This document shows, piece by piece, positions 9,828 to 20,523 of a DNA stretch of 64,000 nt (positions are counted from its first letter, which is position 1; each line of letters begins with the position of its first letter). The notes under the pieces were generated by a model that saw only the letters and a list, made by a program, of their open reading frames with translations, made no database searches and had not been told where the DNA came from. This DNA comes from Nitrosopumilus sp. (GTDB taxonomy: Archaea > Thermoproteota > Nitrososphaeria > Nitrososphaerales > Nitrosopumilaceae): positions 1,728,001-1,792,000 of the forward strand of contig OZ244651.1 in assembly GCA_965218695.1 (NCBI GenBank), read 5' to 3'. The translations under genes were made by a program, and so were the position numbers.

Positions 9828-10154
9828 TTATGCAAGCGCACGGTTGATCATGTTCTGGTATGATTCCTTGGAGGCTGCGCCGACCTGCTGGCTGACTACC
9901 TCTCCCTTGTTGAAGAGTATCAGTGTCGGAATGCTAAAGACGTTGTATTTTGAAGCCAGTTCTCCGGCCTCGTCGACGTTAACCTTGACAAACTTTACTT
10001 TGCCTTCATACTCGCCTGCGAGATCTTCGACTACGGGACTGACCATTCTGCATGGACCACACCACTCAGCCCAAAAGTCTACAAATACAGGTACGGAGGA
10101 GTTCATCACGTCAACCTCCCAGGATCGTGCATCTGAAACTTGAGTAACACCCAT
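9828..10154 (-). CDS. trxA: Thioredoxin
   Basis: DFWAEWCGPC, SIPTL; 108 aa from MGVTQV. Confidence 0.95.
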   Translation of the reverse strand: MGVTQVSDARSWEVDVMNSSVPVFVDFWAEWCGPCRMVSPVVEDLAGEYEGKVKFVKVNVDEAGELASKYNVFSIPTLILFNKGEVVSQQVGAASKESYQNMINRALA

Positions 10155-10372
10155 GTAGGGTAACATAAACTGCATACCTAAAAACGTTAACCAGAATTCA
10201 ACATCTGATAGTGTCGATAAAACGGTAGAAAAAGTTACCATCATACCGCCATCCAACCGCGTTCTGCCGGCAGACCAAATGCTGCGGTTGCCCAATATGC
10301 AGCCGGTATCGGCTCATATGACCAAACCGCCATTTCCATATACTTAAATGATGTATTGTGAAATGTTCAGGC

Positions 10373-11107
10373 ATGAGTTCGGAATTGAGATCGAAGAAGC
10401 TTCGAGGTTCTGGAGGATATGTGATGGCAAGTGTCACAGACGAGCAACAGGTAAAGGGAAACCTAGGCGGACCTGACCTGTTTCTGGCTCCAATTGGCAG
10501 GTTGGATGATGAAAAAATTTCCAAGTATTTCTGCAACACGTGCGACAAGGATTTTGAGGGCCCCCCAAAAATTGAGTTTGAAAATCCCAACGAGGAAGTT
10601 GCAGAGAATTTGATTCTTGTAGAAAAGGGACAGTACATCTGCAGTGCATGCAATATGACGATTGCAGAGTACAGGGACTTTAGAAAACCTGACGAGGCCC
10701 AAGACGTAGGAAGTGCAAAGCCAATAGAACCCCAGGCGGCTCAACCGGAACCTGTGGCAGAGGCTCAACCGGAACCTGTGGCAGAGGCTCAACCGGAACC
10801 GGCAGCAACTCAGTCCAGTTCATCGTCAATTGAAACCATCGAAGGAAGATCAGTATACGATGAGAATGCAAACAGGATAGGCGTGGTAAGACGTATTGGT
10901 ATTGATTCGACGCAGTCAATGATTCTGGTTATTACAAAAAACGACGGCACAGACATACATGTTTCATGGAATAGTGTCAAAAAGATTGGCGAGATAATTC
11001 TTCTAGGAAAGTCGCAGCCTGATGCGCAATCTGGAAAATGCGCAGGTTGCGGATTTGCAAACAAGGACGGGGCCAAGTTCTGCGAAGAGTGCGGTGCCAA
11101 GATCTAA
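10373..11107 (+). CDS. Zinc-ribbon / PRC-barrel-like domain protein
   Basis: CxxC pairs, PRC-like IEGRSVYDENANRIGVV...IGEIILL, C-terminal CAGCG...FCEECG. Confidence 0.75.
   Translation: MSSELRSKKLRGSGGYVMASVTDEQQVKGNLGGPDLFLAPIGRLDDEKISKYFCNTCDKDFEGPPKIEFENPNEEVAENLILVEKGQYICSACNMTIAEYRDFRKPDEAQDVGSAKPIEPQAAQPEPVAEAQPEPVAEAQPEPAATQSSSSSIETIEGRSVYDENANRIGVVRRIGIDSTQSMILVITKNDGTDIHVSWNSVKKIGEIILLGKSQPDAQSGKCAGCGFANKDGAKFCEECGAKI
10738..10800 (+). repeat. 24-bp coding tandem repeat (AQPEPVAE, about 2.6 copies)
   Basis: GGCTCAACCGGAACCTGTGGCAGA units. Confidence 0.85.
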
Positions 11108-11193
11108 GAAAAATACAGTCAAATTAACGCGCCCGTATTTGGAGAGGTATTAGTTCCCTAACAAATTTAATCAGTAACATCAACAAGCAGGCA

Positions 11194-11931
11194 ATGAGAT
11201 TTTTCTCAAGGTCTGTTAAAAGAGAGATAGGCAAGAGTGTAGCTATCGTAGTGGTCGGAATTGTAATCATCTGGATCGTGCTCCTGATAGGCTTTGGAAC
11301 GATGAATCCATTCTATGTTGTCGCAAGCGGGAGCATGAGGCCGGCCCTGGAGGTATACGACGTGCTGGTGGTGCAGGGGAACATACCGTTTGAGGATGTG
11401 CGGCTGGGCGACATCATTGTGTTTGACCGGCCCTCGGATCACAACAGGGTAATAGTCCACAGGGTGGTTTCCATCATGGATGACGATCCCAAGACCATCA
11501 TGACCAAGGGCGATGCAAACAGGGCATCGATTCCCGGAACCGACTTCCCCATCACAGAGGACGAATACCTTGGAAAGGTCATATACACGGTTCCGGGTGT
11601 GGGATACGCCACGCAGGTACTCAAGCCGCCGGTCAACTACATCATAATTGCAATTGTCATAGGAGTCGTGGTGATGAGGCAGATTAGAAAGGGCAAAAAA
11701 GAAGAGAGTTCTGAAGAGTCAGAGCCGTCATATGACATATCGGACATGACTGACCTGAAGAGGGATCCAGAGTACGAGGATGCGGGGGTTCAGGATGGCA
11801 AACCGGAGAATCACCCGGATGATGCAGACAAGGGTGATGGTGATGGTGATGGTGATGGTGATGGTGATGGCAAACCGGAGAATCATCCGGATGATGTAGA
11901 CAAGGGTGATGGTGATGATGGCAAAAAATAA
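11194..11931 (+). CDS. Archaeal signal peptidase I (Sec11/S26B)
   Basis: N-terminal TM, VASGSMRP, GDIIVF, IVHRV, TKGDAN; acidic repeat tail. Confidence 0.92.
   Translation: MRFFSRSVKREIGKSVAIVVVGIVIIWIVLLIGFGTMNPFYVVASGSMRPALEVYDVLVVQGNIPFEDVRLGDIIVFDRPSDHNRVIVHRVVSIMDDDPKTIMTKGDANRASIPGTDFPITEDEYLGKVIYTVPGVGYATQVLKPPVNYIIIAIVIGVVVMRQIRKGKKEESSEESEPSYDISDMTDLKRDPEYEDAGVQDGKPENHPDDADKGDGDGDGDGDGDGKPENHPDDVDKGDGDDGKK
11794..11925 (+). repeat. GGTGAT microsatellite between duplicated DGKPENHPDDxDKGDG blocks
   Basis: (GGTGAT)n run at about 11833-11868 between two GATGGCAAACCGGAGAATCAYCCGGATGATG copies. Confidence 0.85.
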
Positions 11932-12077
11932 CACATTCCATTAACCGGTTTCGTGCCAAGGAATTCGTCTGTCTTGTACCGTCGGATTGTTAATCCTCAC
12001 ACATGAGCAACCAAAAAGGAATGGCCAGGGGCATGACGGGTGTTGGAACGCAGGCGTCACTCAAGTGCCACATGTAC

Positions 12078-13604
12078 CTACAGGACCGAGTCCTTTGTCT
12101 TAAAGACCCTCTTAAAGTACTCGGAAGGCTCTGCAGGCTCCTGGATGTCATTTGTGATGCCTGCCAGATTCTTGGCAAGGTTCTTCTTGTAGCCTATCTG
12201 CATCTGCCGCTGGATCTGAATTCTCTGGGCCTGCGGCGAGCCGGCGCCATGCATTGACTCGGTAAGATAGCCTACTGCGTTTCTGCCAAGCGTCATGTTC
12301 TCAATCAGTCTCAGAATCCTCATCCTGTTCTCAACGTCGGTGCCCTTTCTTCCTGCCAGGTACTTTTTGAGCAGCGGGCCGGCCTCGGGATGCCTAAAGT
12401 CCTTCTCGGATGGAAGCGTCACCACCAGTCCTCCTGCAATGTCCTGTGCAAGCCTGCTTATCTCATATGGGAACCGGGTCACGTTGTGCTTGCAGACCTG
12501 GGCGAGCATGTCATCGTTTAGATAGACGCCGGACTTCATCTTGTGTCCCTGGTATGATGATGCAATTCCTGCGGCAAATATGGTCTCGTTGAGGTGTGTC
12601 ATCTCGGTGATCTTGTCCTTTATGTGGGATACATTGGGGATTCCGTTGTAGTCGGCAATGGTGGCAGCCGCGCCTATCAGGACGTCTCCAAGTCCGGTCT
12701 TGCAGACGTAGCTCCTTCTGTGGTAGCAGGTAAAGCGCTCAATGAGCATCGATGCAAACTCGTACTCCCCGTCCATGAATATGTGCTCCCATGGAATAAA
12801 CACCCGATCGAGTACTATCAGTGCCTCCTGTCCGCCAAACTTTGCGTTGCCGTCATCAATGTCGCCCTCCTCCATGCTTCTCGTATCGCAGGACTGCCTG
12901 CCATAGATGTAGGTGATTCCCTCTGCGTCCGGCGGAATAGCCCCGACAACGCACCATTCCCTGTCGTTTTCAGTAAGTCTGACAGTAGGCATCAGTATTA
13001 TCCAGTGAGAGTTGATGCATCCGGTCTGGTGCGCCTTTGCGCCTGAGACATAGACGCCGTTCTCGTCCCTGTCCACCACTCGCGTGAACAGATCCGGATC
13101 CTCCTGTTCTGACGGACCCTTGCTTCGATCCCCCTTTGGATCCGTCATGGCGCCGCCGATCACAAGGTTCTCCCTCTGAACCATCTTTACAAACTCTAGA
13201 AACCGCGTATGGTAGTTGGTGCCGTGCTTTTGGTCGATCTCAAATGTAGTGGAATGCAGCGAGTTGAGTGCGTCCATCCCCACGCATCTCTGAAAGCATG
13301 TGCCCGTATTCTGGCCCAGTCTCCTCTGCATCTTGTTTTGCATGACCAGATCCTCTGCACTCTCTGCAATGTGCAGGAAACGGTTGATTCTGAGTCCGGT
13401 AAGTGAGGAGTCAGCAGATGCAAGGCCCTCTTCGCGTATTGCAAGGTCGTACGTCTCTGCCACTGCGTTGATTGACGGCCTTATCATGGGGTGATCCACG
13501 GGCTCCTTGACTAGTTCCCCAAACAGGTAGATCTTGAGATTGCGATTTCTAAGGCTCTGAATGTAATCTTCTCCGGTTCTGATGGTTTTCAATATGTTAG
13601 CCAT
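12078..13604 (-). CDS. abfD: 4-hydroxybutyryl-CoA dehydratase (HP/HB cycle)
   Basis: TGTCFQRCVGMD, GAMTDPKGDRS, GAKAHQTG, HRRSYVCK, ESMHGAGSPQAQ. Confidence 0.95.
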   Translation of the reverse strand: MANILKTIRTGEDYIQSLRNRNLKIYLFGELVKEPVDHPMIRPSINAVAETYDLAIREEGLASADSSLTGLRINRFLHIAESAEDLVMQNKMQRRLGQNTGTCFQRCVGMDALNSLHSTTFEIDQKHGTNYHTRFLEFVKMVQRENLVIGGAMTDPKGDRSKGPSEQEDPDLFTRVVDRDENGVYVSGAKAHQTGCINSHWIILMPTVRLTENDREWCVVGAIPPDAEGITYIYGRQSCDTRSMEEGDIDDGNAKFGGQEALIVLDRVFIPWEHIFMDGEYEFASMLIERFTCYHRRSYVCKTGLGDVLIGAAATIADYNGIPNVSHIKDKITEMTHLNETIFAAGIASSYQGHKMKSGVYLNDDMLAQVCKHNVTRFPYEISRLAQDIAGGLVVTLPSEKDFRHPEAGPLLKKYLAGRKGTDVENRMRILRLIENMTLGRNAVGYLTESMHGAGSPQAQRIQIQRQMQIGYKKNLAKNLAGITNDIQEPAEPSEYFKRVFKTKDSVL

Positions 13605-13743
13605 CCCATTCTATTCGTCTTTATGCTGTATAAATATTAGAGGTTATACGGGGATACGCGCATTCGTGCCATGGGTACGGGTAATATTGTATCATACGGC
13701 AGTCATGCACCTGCAGGCTTTATGCCCGGGAATGGGTTCTGGA

Positions 13744-15870
13744 TCAGAGGCCTATCCGGACATCCAGGATGCGGCACCCGCTGCCCTTCTCCATGACAAG
13801 GACCGGATTCATGTCAAGCTCCCTTATCTCCTCAAAGTCCGAGACCAGCTGGGAGAGTCTCTGGATGCACTCTGAGAGCTTGGCAGTGTCGGAGGGCTTC
13901 TCGCCACGGACCCCCTGAAGGAGCTTCTGGGTCTTGATCGAGGCAATCATGTCGTCTGCCTCCCTGTCGGTGACGGGGGCAAGTCTGAACGTGACATCCT
14001 TTAGTATCTCCACGTATATCCCTCCCATGCCAAGCATGATTACAGGACCGAATCCTAGCTCCTGCTTGGAGCCGATGATCATCTCCTTTCCTCCCTTGAC
14101 CATCTCCACAATCAGGACCCCCTTGATCTCGGCCTTGGGATCATACTTTATGGCGTTTGCAGTGACTGTCTCAAAGGCATCCCTCACCTGGTCATCGTCT
14201 GTAAGATTCACCATGACGCCGCCGGCATCTGACTTGTGGATGATCTGGGGGGATGCAATCTTCATCACCACGGGGTATCCTATCTTTCCTGCAACCTCTA
14301 CTGCCTCCTCTGGGTTCCGGGCAAGCGCGCTCTCTGGCAGCGGCAGGCCGTATGCCTTGAGCACCTCCTGTCCCTCTTCCTCGAGCAGGCTGATCCTGCC
14401 GTCCCTCTTGACTGCCGCAAAGACCTTTCTTGCCCTTGTGCGGTTTACCCTGAATCTGCGAATCGTCCCGTCCGCAGAGTCGACCCATTCTGAGAACCTG
14501 ATCATTGCTGCAAGCGTACGGATCGCCCCCTCTGCATAGGTGTAGTACGGGACGTTGCCGGCAGCCAGGATCTCCCTGTTGGTGATTCCCTCGTCAAGTC
14601 CCATCAGGCTTGCAAGCATCGTCTTTTTGTGCTTGCCGGACATCTTGACGATCACCCTTGCAAGCCCATCGTAGTCGAGCGTTCCGGAGGGGGTGCACAT
14701 TGAGATTACCGAGCCCACGTTTGGGTGCCTCAGGACATGGTCCAGCACGCCTGCAAACCGCTCAAAGTTGGCATCACCTACAATGTCGACCGGATTCCTG
14801 GAGCTTCCCCAGGGCGGAATGACAGCATCAATCTTCTCTCGGATGCTTGTAATGTCTGCCATCTTGATCTTCATCTTGGAGCATGCATCAGTCGAGATGA
14901 TTGCAGGCCCGCCTGCGTTGGATACTATAGCAAGGCCGCCCTTTGACGGAAGCGGCTGCTTGGAGAAGGCAGTGGCATAGTCAAACAGTTCCTCCATGGT
15001 GTCGACCCTGATCGCGCCGGACTGCTTGAGCAGGGCATCATAAATCTCATCAGAGCCCATAAGGGCCCCGGTGTGGGACATTGCAGCCTTGGCGCCCTCG
15101 GGGCTGCGTCCTGACTTGAGAACGAGGACGGGCTTTTTGAGATTCTTGGTAATGTTCCTGCAGACCTTGAGGAACTCCTGGCCGTCGCCCATGTCCTCAA
15201 GATACATCACTATGACCTCAGTCTGCTTGTGCTCTGCCAGAATCTTCATGACGTCGACTTCGCTCATTGCAGCCTTGTTTCCAAGGCTGACCACAGCAGA
15301 GAACCCTATGCCCTGTGCGCTTGCATCCTCCACTAGCGCCGCACAGATCGCGCCGCTCTGGGACACCAGGGCTATCTTTCCTGACTTGGGGGTGATCTTT
15401 AGGAACGTGGAGTTCATCATGGTTTTTGGATCAAGGTTCATCACCCCAAGGCAGTTTGGTCCGATAATCTGGATTCCGTATCTGCCGGCAATCTCCTTGA
15501 TCTGCTGCTCGCGTTTTGCGCCCTCCTCGTCGACCTCCTTGAAGCCGGCCGTGATAATTATGACTCCCCTAATCTTCTTCTTGCCGCACTCTTCTAGCAC
15601 GGATGCGACCAGGGTATTTTTAATGACGATTACTGCAAGATCCACCTGTTTGGGAACATCCAGGACGCTCTTGTAGGCCTTTCTGCCAAAGACCGTATCC
15701 CTTGATGGGCTGATGGGGTAGATGACTCCCTTGAATCCGTTCATTATGTTTGATGATATGGTGGCCCCCACGCTTCCCTTCTTGTCGGACGCACCGATTA
15801 TTGCAATCGACTTGGGGGAGAGGAACACGGATTTGGCCATGGGATATGATGGATCAGGAGATTCGCACAA
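13744..15870 (-). CDS. ADP-forming 4-hydroxybutyrate--CoA ligase (ACD family)
   Basis: GPNCLG, SQSGA, SHTGALMGS (phospho-His), NAGG, HKSDAGGV; adjacent to abfD as in Nitrosopumilus. Confidence 0.88.
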   Translation of the reverse strand: MCESPDPSYPMAKSVFLSPKSIAIIGASDKKGSVGATISSNIMNGFKGVIYPISPSRDTVFGRKAYKSVLDVPKQVDLAVIVIKNTLVASVLEECGKKKIRGVIIITAGFKEVDEEGAKREQQIKEIAGRYGIQIIGPNCLGVMNLDPKTMMNSTFLKITPKSGKIALVSQSGAICAALVEDASAQGIGFSAVVSLGNKAAMSEVDVMKILAEHKQTEVIVMYLEDMGDGQEFLKVCRNITKNLKKPVLVLKSGRSPEGAKAAMSHTGALMGSDEIYDALLKQSGAIRVDTMEELFDYATAFSKQPLPSKGGLAIVSNAGGPAIISTDACSKMKIKMADITSIREKIDAVIPPWGSSRNPVDIVGDANFERFAGVLDHVLRHPNVGSVISMCTPSGTLDYDGLARVIVKMSGKHKKTMLASLMGLDEGITNREILAAGNVPYYTYAEGAIRTLAAMIRFSEWVDSADGTIRRFRVNRTRARKVFAAVKRDGRISLLEEEGQEVLKAYGLPLPESALARNPEEAVEVAGKIGYPVVMKIASPQIIHKSDAGGVMVNLTDDDQVRDAFETVTANAIKYDPKAEIKGVLIVEMVKGGKEMIIGSKQELGFGPVIMLGMGGIYVEILKDVTFRLAPVTDREADDMIASIKTQKLLQGVRGEKPSDTAKLSECIQRLSQLVSDFEEIRELDMNPVLVMEKGSGCRILDVRIGL

Positions 15871-16112
15871 TAATAAAGCTACTCAGGAGAAAGGCAGCAT
15901 CCGGCCACGCAGGTTCGTGCCATTCTGCACCATGGCACACCTGAAGATCCTCCAGTCCGGATTCATGAGGCGGGTTTTTGCCTGGTGTCGGATGGGAGAT
16001 GATGCCAGAATGCAGACGATGCATTCGGCAATCGAGGCGAGATCGGGATGGTTTGGGGATGCGTCGTAGGCGGTCCTGCAGAGACTTGCAGGGTGCCGAT
16101 GCAGAACATGGC

Positions 16113-16397
16113 TCAGTCCACTGTAATCTTCAAAAATGCCAGCAGCCCTGCCATCTCTGCAATGCCGACACCCAGCATGTACGGGAATATTTCGTGGGAG
16201 AATATCTCGTCCATGGAAAAGTATGCAAGGGAGCCTATGGCGTTATGCAGAAACAGCATGACGCCGACTACGATCAGGCCCAGCGGGAGCTGCGCGCGCG
16301 TCTTGGCATACATGTTGCCAAATATAGCGATCAGGATGCCCAGAATCCCCATGTTGACTATCGAGATTATCGACAGTACGAGGGTTATGGGTTCCAT
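16113..16397 (-). CDS. Small three-TM membrane protein
   Basis: 94 aa, three hydrophobic segments, directly downstream of the ArsR-like gene. Confidence 0.7.
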   Translation of the reverse strand: MEPITLVLSIISIVNMGILGILIAIFGNMYAKTRAQLPLGLIVVGVMLFLHNAIGSLAYFSMDEIFSHEIFPYMLGVGIAEMAGLLAFLKITVD

Positions 16398-16431
16398 GGA
16401 GTGAAAAACGCTCTCATTCTCTTATGTACTT

Positions 16432-16725
16432 TTATCCAATTTTTTTTTCAATGTCTTCTAAAAGTTCGATGTTTACCTCCAGGTATGTAGAGAGAAAATA
16501 CGCCACGCCGTACTTTTCGCCGACGCTGGCAACAAGGTTGTTCTTTTCAAGCACCTGGATGTGGTGCTGGATTGCCTTGTAGTCAAGGTCCAGCTCGTTT
16601 GCAAGCTGGTTTATGTTGAGCGGATTCTGCTTTATCCTTGAGATGATTCTTAGGCGGTTCAGGCCCCCGCGCGTGCCGGCAAATACAAACCAGAGCAGCC
16701 TTCTGGCGTTGGGATCGTTTTTCAC
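16432..16725 (-). CDS. ArsR-type winged-helix transcriptional regulator
   Basis: GTRGGLNRLRII...NINQLANELDLDYKAIQHHIQVLEKNNLV...YG. Confidence 0.88.
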   Translation of the reverse strand: MKNDPNARRLLWFVFAGTRGGLNRLRIISRIKQNPLNINQLANELDLDYKAIQHHIQVLEKNNLVASVGEKYGVAYFLSTYLEVNIELLEDIEKKIG

Positions 16726-17467
16726 AGTCTGAAAGGACTGTCAACCTGTAACTAAAGTGTTGGGACGGCATGGGGGGAGGTGTTTCGTTGCAGGATGCAG
16801 TGTGACAGATACTCCCGGAATCATCTGCAGTCTGCCAACCGGTTGCCGGCTCAAGATATCCAAGATGATTGCATGCAAATCCAGCAGATGTCCCATATCC
16901 GTACAGCGTGTAGAGGTGCCCAGTATACAAAATACGTTATACCACCAAGATCTCCATGCGACAGTGTGGATGGACATGGGTTACCTGCGACCACAATAGC
17001 AGACATGCCAAGAAATGGGCATGTTGCAGTATTGGCACCTGATAGCTTCAATATATGACGACAGAAATTCCGAGGTTTTTGGAGATGCTATAATAAGATA
17101 ACAAAAAAGAATTTTTAATCAGAACCAGAAGAACAGTCATGGAGTAATTATCCGTTTACATGGATTCTTGCAGACAACGAAATGATGATTGTGTCGTTTT
17201 TGACAGTGCCAGAGGGCATCGAGGTTAAAGCTTTGTTGACAATTATTATTATTGCCCGGTATTGGCAAAATGGACCGCACGCAGCCAAAAAAAAGCAATC
17301 TTGTTTTGCCGGCATCCCACAAAAATCACGCAGACAGGCATCATGCCAAAGTTTTGGGTTGTCTGGCCCTTGGGAATCCATGGACACACAAAAACCCGGA
17401 TGCCCCCAGAGCGCAGGGAGGGTTTAAAACTATAAAAAACACGCCAAGAAAATCCCCTTGAAGAGAG

Positions 17468-18346
17468 TTGCTCAACTACGATGCCCCCCTGTACAGGCCG
17501 CCTTCTGAGGCAAGATCCCTGATATTTCAGGTGACGCTCGGGTGCTCGTTTAACGAGTGCTCCTTTTGCGACATGTACAGGTCAAAAGAGTACTCGGAAA
17601 GATCGTGGGACGAGGTGAAGGCAGAGATTGACATGATGGCCAGATACATGCCGGAGACCAGAAGGGTGTTTCTTGCAGACGGGGACGCGCTGAACCTTGA
17701 CACAGAATACATGATAAAGATTGTAAGGTACATCAAGGAAAAGTTCCAACATATTGAGAGGATATCCTGCTATGCAATGCCGATGAACATTCTCAAAAAG
17801 ACTCCCGACGAGCTGAGAAGGATGAATGAGGCCGGCCTTGACATGTTCTATCTTGGAATCGAGAGCGGATCAGACGTGGTACTCAAAAAGGTGACAAAGG
17901 GCGCCATTGCAAAGACCATCATCAAGTCAGTCAACAAGGCAAAGGACGCAGGGTACGTCATGTCGTGCATGATAATTCTCGGACTAGGCGGCAGGACGCA
18001 CTCCAAGGAGCACATCAGGGGCACTGCAGAAGTGATCAACGCATGTTCGCCGCACTACGTGGGTGCCTTGACCCTGTATCTTGAGAATGGGATAAAGCAG
18101 GAGTTTCTTGAAAAGTTCAAGGAGCCGTTTGTCAGGATTAATGATGACGAGTCGCTTGAGGAGCTCCACGACCTGATCAGCCGGATCAAGACACAAGAGA
18201 AGATCATATTCAGGGCAAACCACGGCTCCAATGCGTATACAATCAAGGGCACCTTCCCGCAGGACAGGCAGGCAATGCTGGACAGGGTCGGGTGGATGAT
18301 GCAGCATCCCGAGATTGTGCGCCCCCAGGGACTGCGCGGTTTCTAG
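17468..18346 (+). CDS. Radical SAM protein of unknown function
   Basis: YRPPSEA, GCSFNECSFCDMY, FLADGDAL, GIESG, FRANHGSN. Confidence 0.88.
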   Translation: MLNYDAPLYRPPSEARSLIFQVTLGCSFNECSFCDMYRSKEYSERSWDEVKAEIDMMARYMPETRRVFLADGDALNLDTEYMIKIVRYIKEKFQHIERISCYAMPMNILKKTPDELRRMNEAGLDMFYLGIESGSDVVLKKVTKGAIAKTIIKSVNKAKDAGYVMSCMIILGLGGRTHSKEHIRGTAEVINACSPHYVGALTLYLENGIKQEFLEKFKEPFVRINDDESLEELHDLISRIKTQEKIIFRANHGSNAYTIKGTFPQDRQAMLDRVGWMMQHPEIVRPQGLRGF

Positions 18347-18347
18347 C

Positions 18348-18599
18348 CTAGAGGCTGTCTATGACCGGTGCCAGACTCTCAGGCAGATCCGGCAGCTCCG
18401 TATGGCTTTCATTGTTTTGAAGAATCTCAGGACCAATGCGCCTTACCCGCTGCGTGCCAAGAAGGGTGTCGATGCTCCTCTGAATGTCCTTCTCTGAGAG
18501 TACGGCCCTGAGCCTTTCAGTGACAGTCTCCTCGTCCTCATACTTTTTAATCGCATGCTGGACAAGGATTATCTTCTCCTCGGATGAGAGATCTGCCAT
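18348..18599 (-). CDS. Hypothetical protein
   Basis: 83 aa from MADLSSEEK; fills the gap between neighbours. Confidence 0.65.
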   Translation of the reverse strand: MADLSSEEKIILVQHAIKKYEDEETVTERLRAVLSEKDIQRSIDTLLGTQRVRRIGPEILQNNESHTELPDLPESLAPVIDSL

Positions 18600-18710
18600 A
18601 CCACCGGCAGGCGTCGCAGGACTAATAACCGTTGTCAGAACAATCGTCCCGAATGGCCTCCGGACCATTCCAGTAATGGTTAAAATACGAAGAAGACGTA
18701 ACCGTTCCAG

Positions 18711-19202
18711 ATGGAAGGCAAACTAGAGGTTGTTTCAAACGTACTGAGGATCAGGCGATACGCCACAATAGCAGTGATCAGCGGACTGGGGATGGGCGTG
18801 ATATACTATCTTCTGACCATGTCCATGCTGCCTGAGCATATCGACATAGTATCCGAATCCATGCCGTTCTACATTGCCACATCCCTCACGCTCACGGCCG
18901 TGGTGTCCGGTCTTGCGGGGGTCAATTTTGCCATGGTGGCATTCAAGATCAGCAGGATGAGAATGATGAGGTCGGTAAAGTCAGACTCGTCTGCCGTGCT
19001 CGGAGGCGCGTTTGCAGCATTCACCCCCGGGTGTCCTGCGTGTACTGCGCCCCTGGCAGTGATCCTGGGCGCAGTCGGAGGGCTGTCGCTGTTTCCCATG
19101 CAGGGCCTGGAACTAAAGTTCGTCTCAGTCGGGGTGCTGTGCTTTTCCATATGGTGGGTTGCAAGGGGGCTTCAGGCCCGCAGCTGCTGCAAGATTGGAT
19201 AA
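18711..19202 (+). CDS. Membrane protein with CxxC motif (MerT/MerC-like pattern)
   Basis: Four hydrophobic segments, GCPAC, C-terminal CC. Confidence 0.7.
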   Translation: MEGKLEVVSNVLRIRRYATIAVISGLGMGVIYYLLTMSMLPEHIDIVSESMPFYIATSLTLTAVVSGLAGVNFAMVAFKISRMRMMRSVKSDSSAVLGGAFAAFTPGCPACTAPLAVILGAVGGLSLFPMQGLELKFVSVGVLCFSIWWVARGLQARSCCKIG

Positions 19203-19243
19203 CATTCCGCCGGAGTTCCCGCGGGTATGGCACACGGCATCTC

Positions 19244-19693
19244 TCACTCGGGATTCCTCTCAAAGAAGAGTGCTGACTGCCTGAATCCCAGATTCCCGTA
19301 GAATTCGTGGGCATCTGCCCTCTGGTTTCCGGATTCCAGTCTCATCCTGTGGCATTCCTTCTTCCCTGCAATATGCGCACACCTGTCGACAAGCTTCTCC
19401 CCTATTCCCATTCCCCTGTACTCCGGGAGGACTACCAGTTCCGGGATGTACATCTCGGGGGTCTTTTGGTTGAGCCGTGGCAGCAGAATCATGCTCATCA
19501 TGCCCACGATCTTTACATCGTCGATCTCTGCCACAAGCACGTACTTGTCCTGGTCCCTGATGTATTCCCCGAGGCGCCTTCGAAACAGATCGACGTCGTC
19601 ATCCTCCTGCGGTTTTGGGCGTCCAAGCTCGTAGAGCAGTCCGAGTATGACAGGAACATCGGCATCGGTGCCATCCCTGATGAGGCAATTCAT
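19244..19693 (-). CDS. GNAT N-acetyltransferase
   Basis: LVVLPEYRGMGIGEKL (motif A), AHEFYGNLGF. Confidence 0.88.
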   Translation of the reverse strand: MNCLIRDGTDADVPVILGLLYELGRPKPQEDDDVDLFRRRLGEYIRDQDKYVLVAEIDDVKIVGMMSMILLPRLNQKTPEMYIPELVVLPEYRGMGIGEKLVDRCAHIAGKKECHRMRLESGNQRADAHEFYGNLGFRQSALFFERNPE

Positions 19694-19752
19694 AGGGTAG
19701 ACAAGTCGTCTCAGGTATAAAGCCCATCCCCTCGGGCAAGGCCGCCGCCGCA

Positions 19753-20523
19753 CTAGACCCTTGAAAAGAAGATCTCAAGGCATTCTGCGAACCGCCCGTT
19801 CAGTTTCTGAAGGCGGGTCTGGTCCATCTCGAGGGAATCCCCATCAAACCAGGACGGTGCCAGATACATGCTCCGGTTCATCTCAATCTGAATCCATGGT
19901 ATCGGGTTGTTGCCGTATGTCCTGGTTATGTAGCCCCCGTGGAACGGATCGTTAATGGAGACGTCCTTCCTGTCCACCTGGAACGACTCGGATATGCAGT
20001 CGGCCAGAAGATGCATCATCTCCTCAGACGAGGTCCTGCCGTCCCAGTTTGACATGCAGAATGCCGGCCTGCCGCTCTTGTTCCCGTCCGGGGAGACATC
20101 AGGCGCATGCGAGGCCATGGAGTGGCAGTCAAGGCACACCTGCACGTCCAGCTCCCGGACGCTCCTTTGGATCTCCCTATGGTACGGCATGTAGTACCTT
20201 CGAACCAGAAGGGACCTGAGGGACTCGTCAGGCTCGGCGCCGGCGCGGTATATGGGCCTCTGATGGCACGTGGCGCTCTTTATCAGGCCGTCAGGATTCT
20301 GCGGGGGCATGTCCTGAAGGGAGCGGTTCATGTCAACAAACGCCCGCGCAATGTCAGTCTTTACCACGTGCTGCACCATCCCCCCCAGGTCGTAAATCTC
20401 AGCCACAAACGGGTCAGAGTCATCAAAGAGATCCTTCTCAGTTATGCGCAGGCGGCCCCGCAGCTCCTGCGGTGCCGCGGTTCCCCCGTGGGGTATCGAC
20501 AGGAGCGCCGGCAGCGCCGTCAT
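19753..20523 (-). CDS. N-formylglutamate amidohydrolase family protein
   Basis: SIPHGG, RAFVDMNR, YYMPYH, LDCHSM, NDPFHGGYIT, IQIEMNRSMY. Confidence 0.9.
   Translation of the reverse strand: MTALPALLSIPHGGTAAPQELRGRLRITEKDLFDDSDPFVAEIYDLGGMVQHVVKTDIARAFVDMNRSLQDMPPQNPDGLIKSATCHQRPIYRAGAEPDESLRSLLVRRYYMPYHREIQRSVRELDVQVCLDCHSMASHAPDVSPDGNKSGRPAFCMSNWDGRTSSEEMMHLLADCISESFQVDRKDVSINDPFHGGYITRTYGNNPIPWIQIEMNRSMYLAPSWFDGDSLEMDQTRLQKLNGRFAECLEIFFSRV

Noticed and set aside
11684-11959. Poly-histidine ORF on the minus strand
   Set aside because: It is only the antisense reading of the GGTGAT repeat in the signal peptidase tail.
16740-17460. Short ORFs or an ncRNA in the 700-bp intergenic gap
   Set aside because: No recognisable motif, consistent frame or stable structure by eye; possibly decayed sequence.
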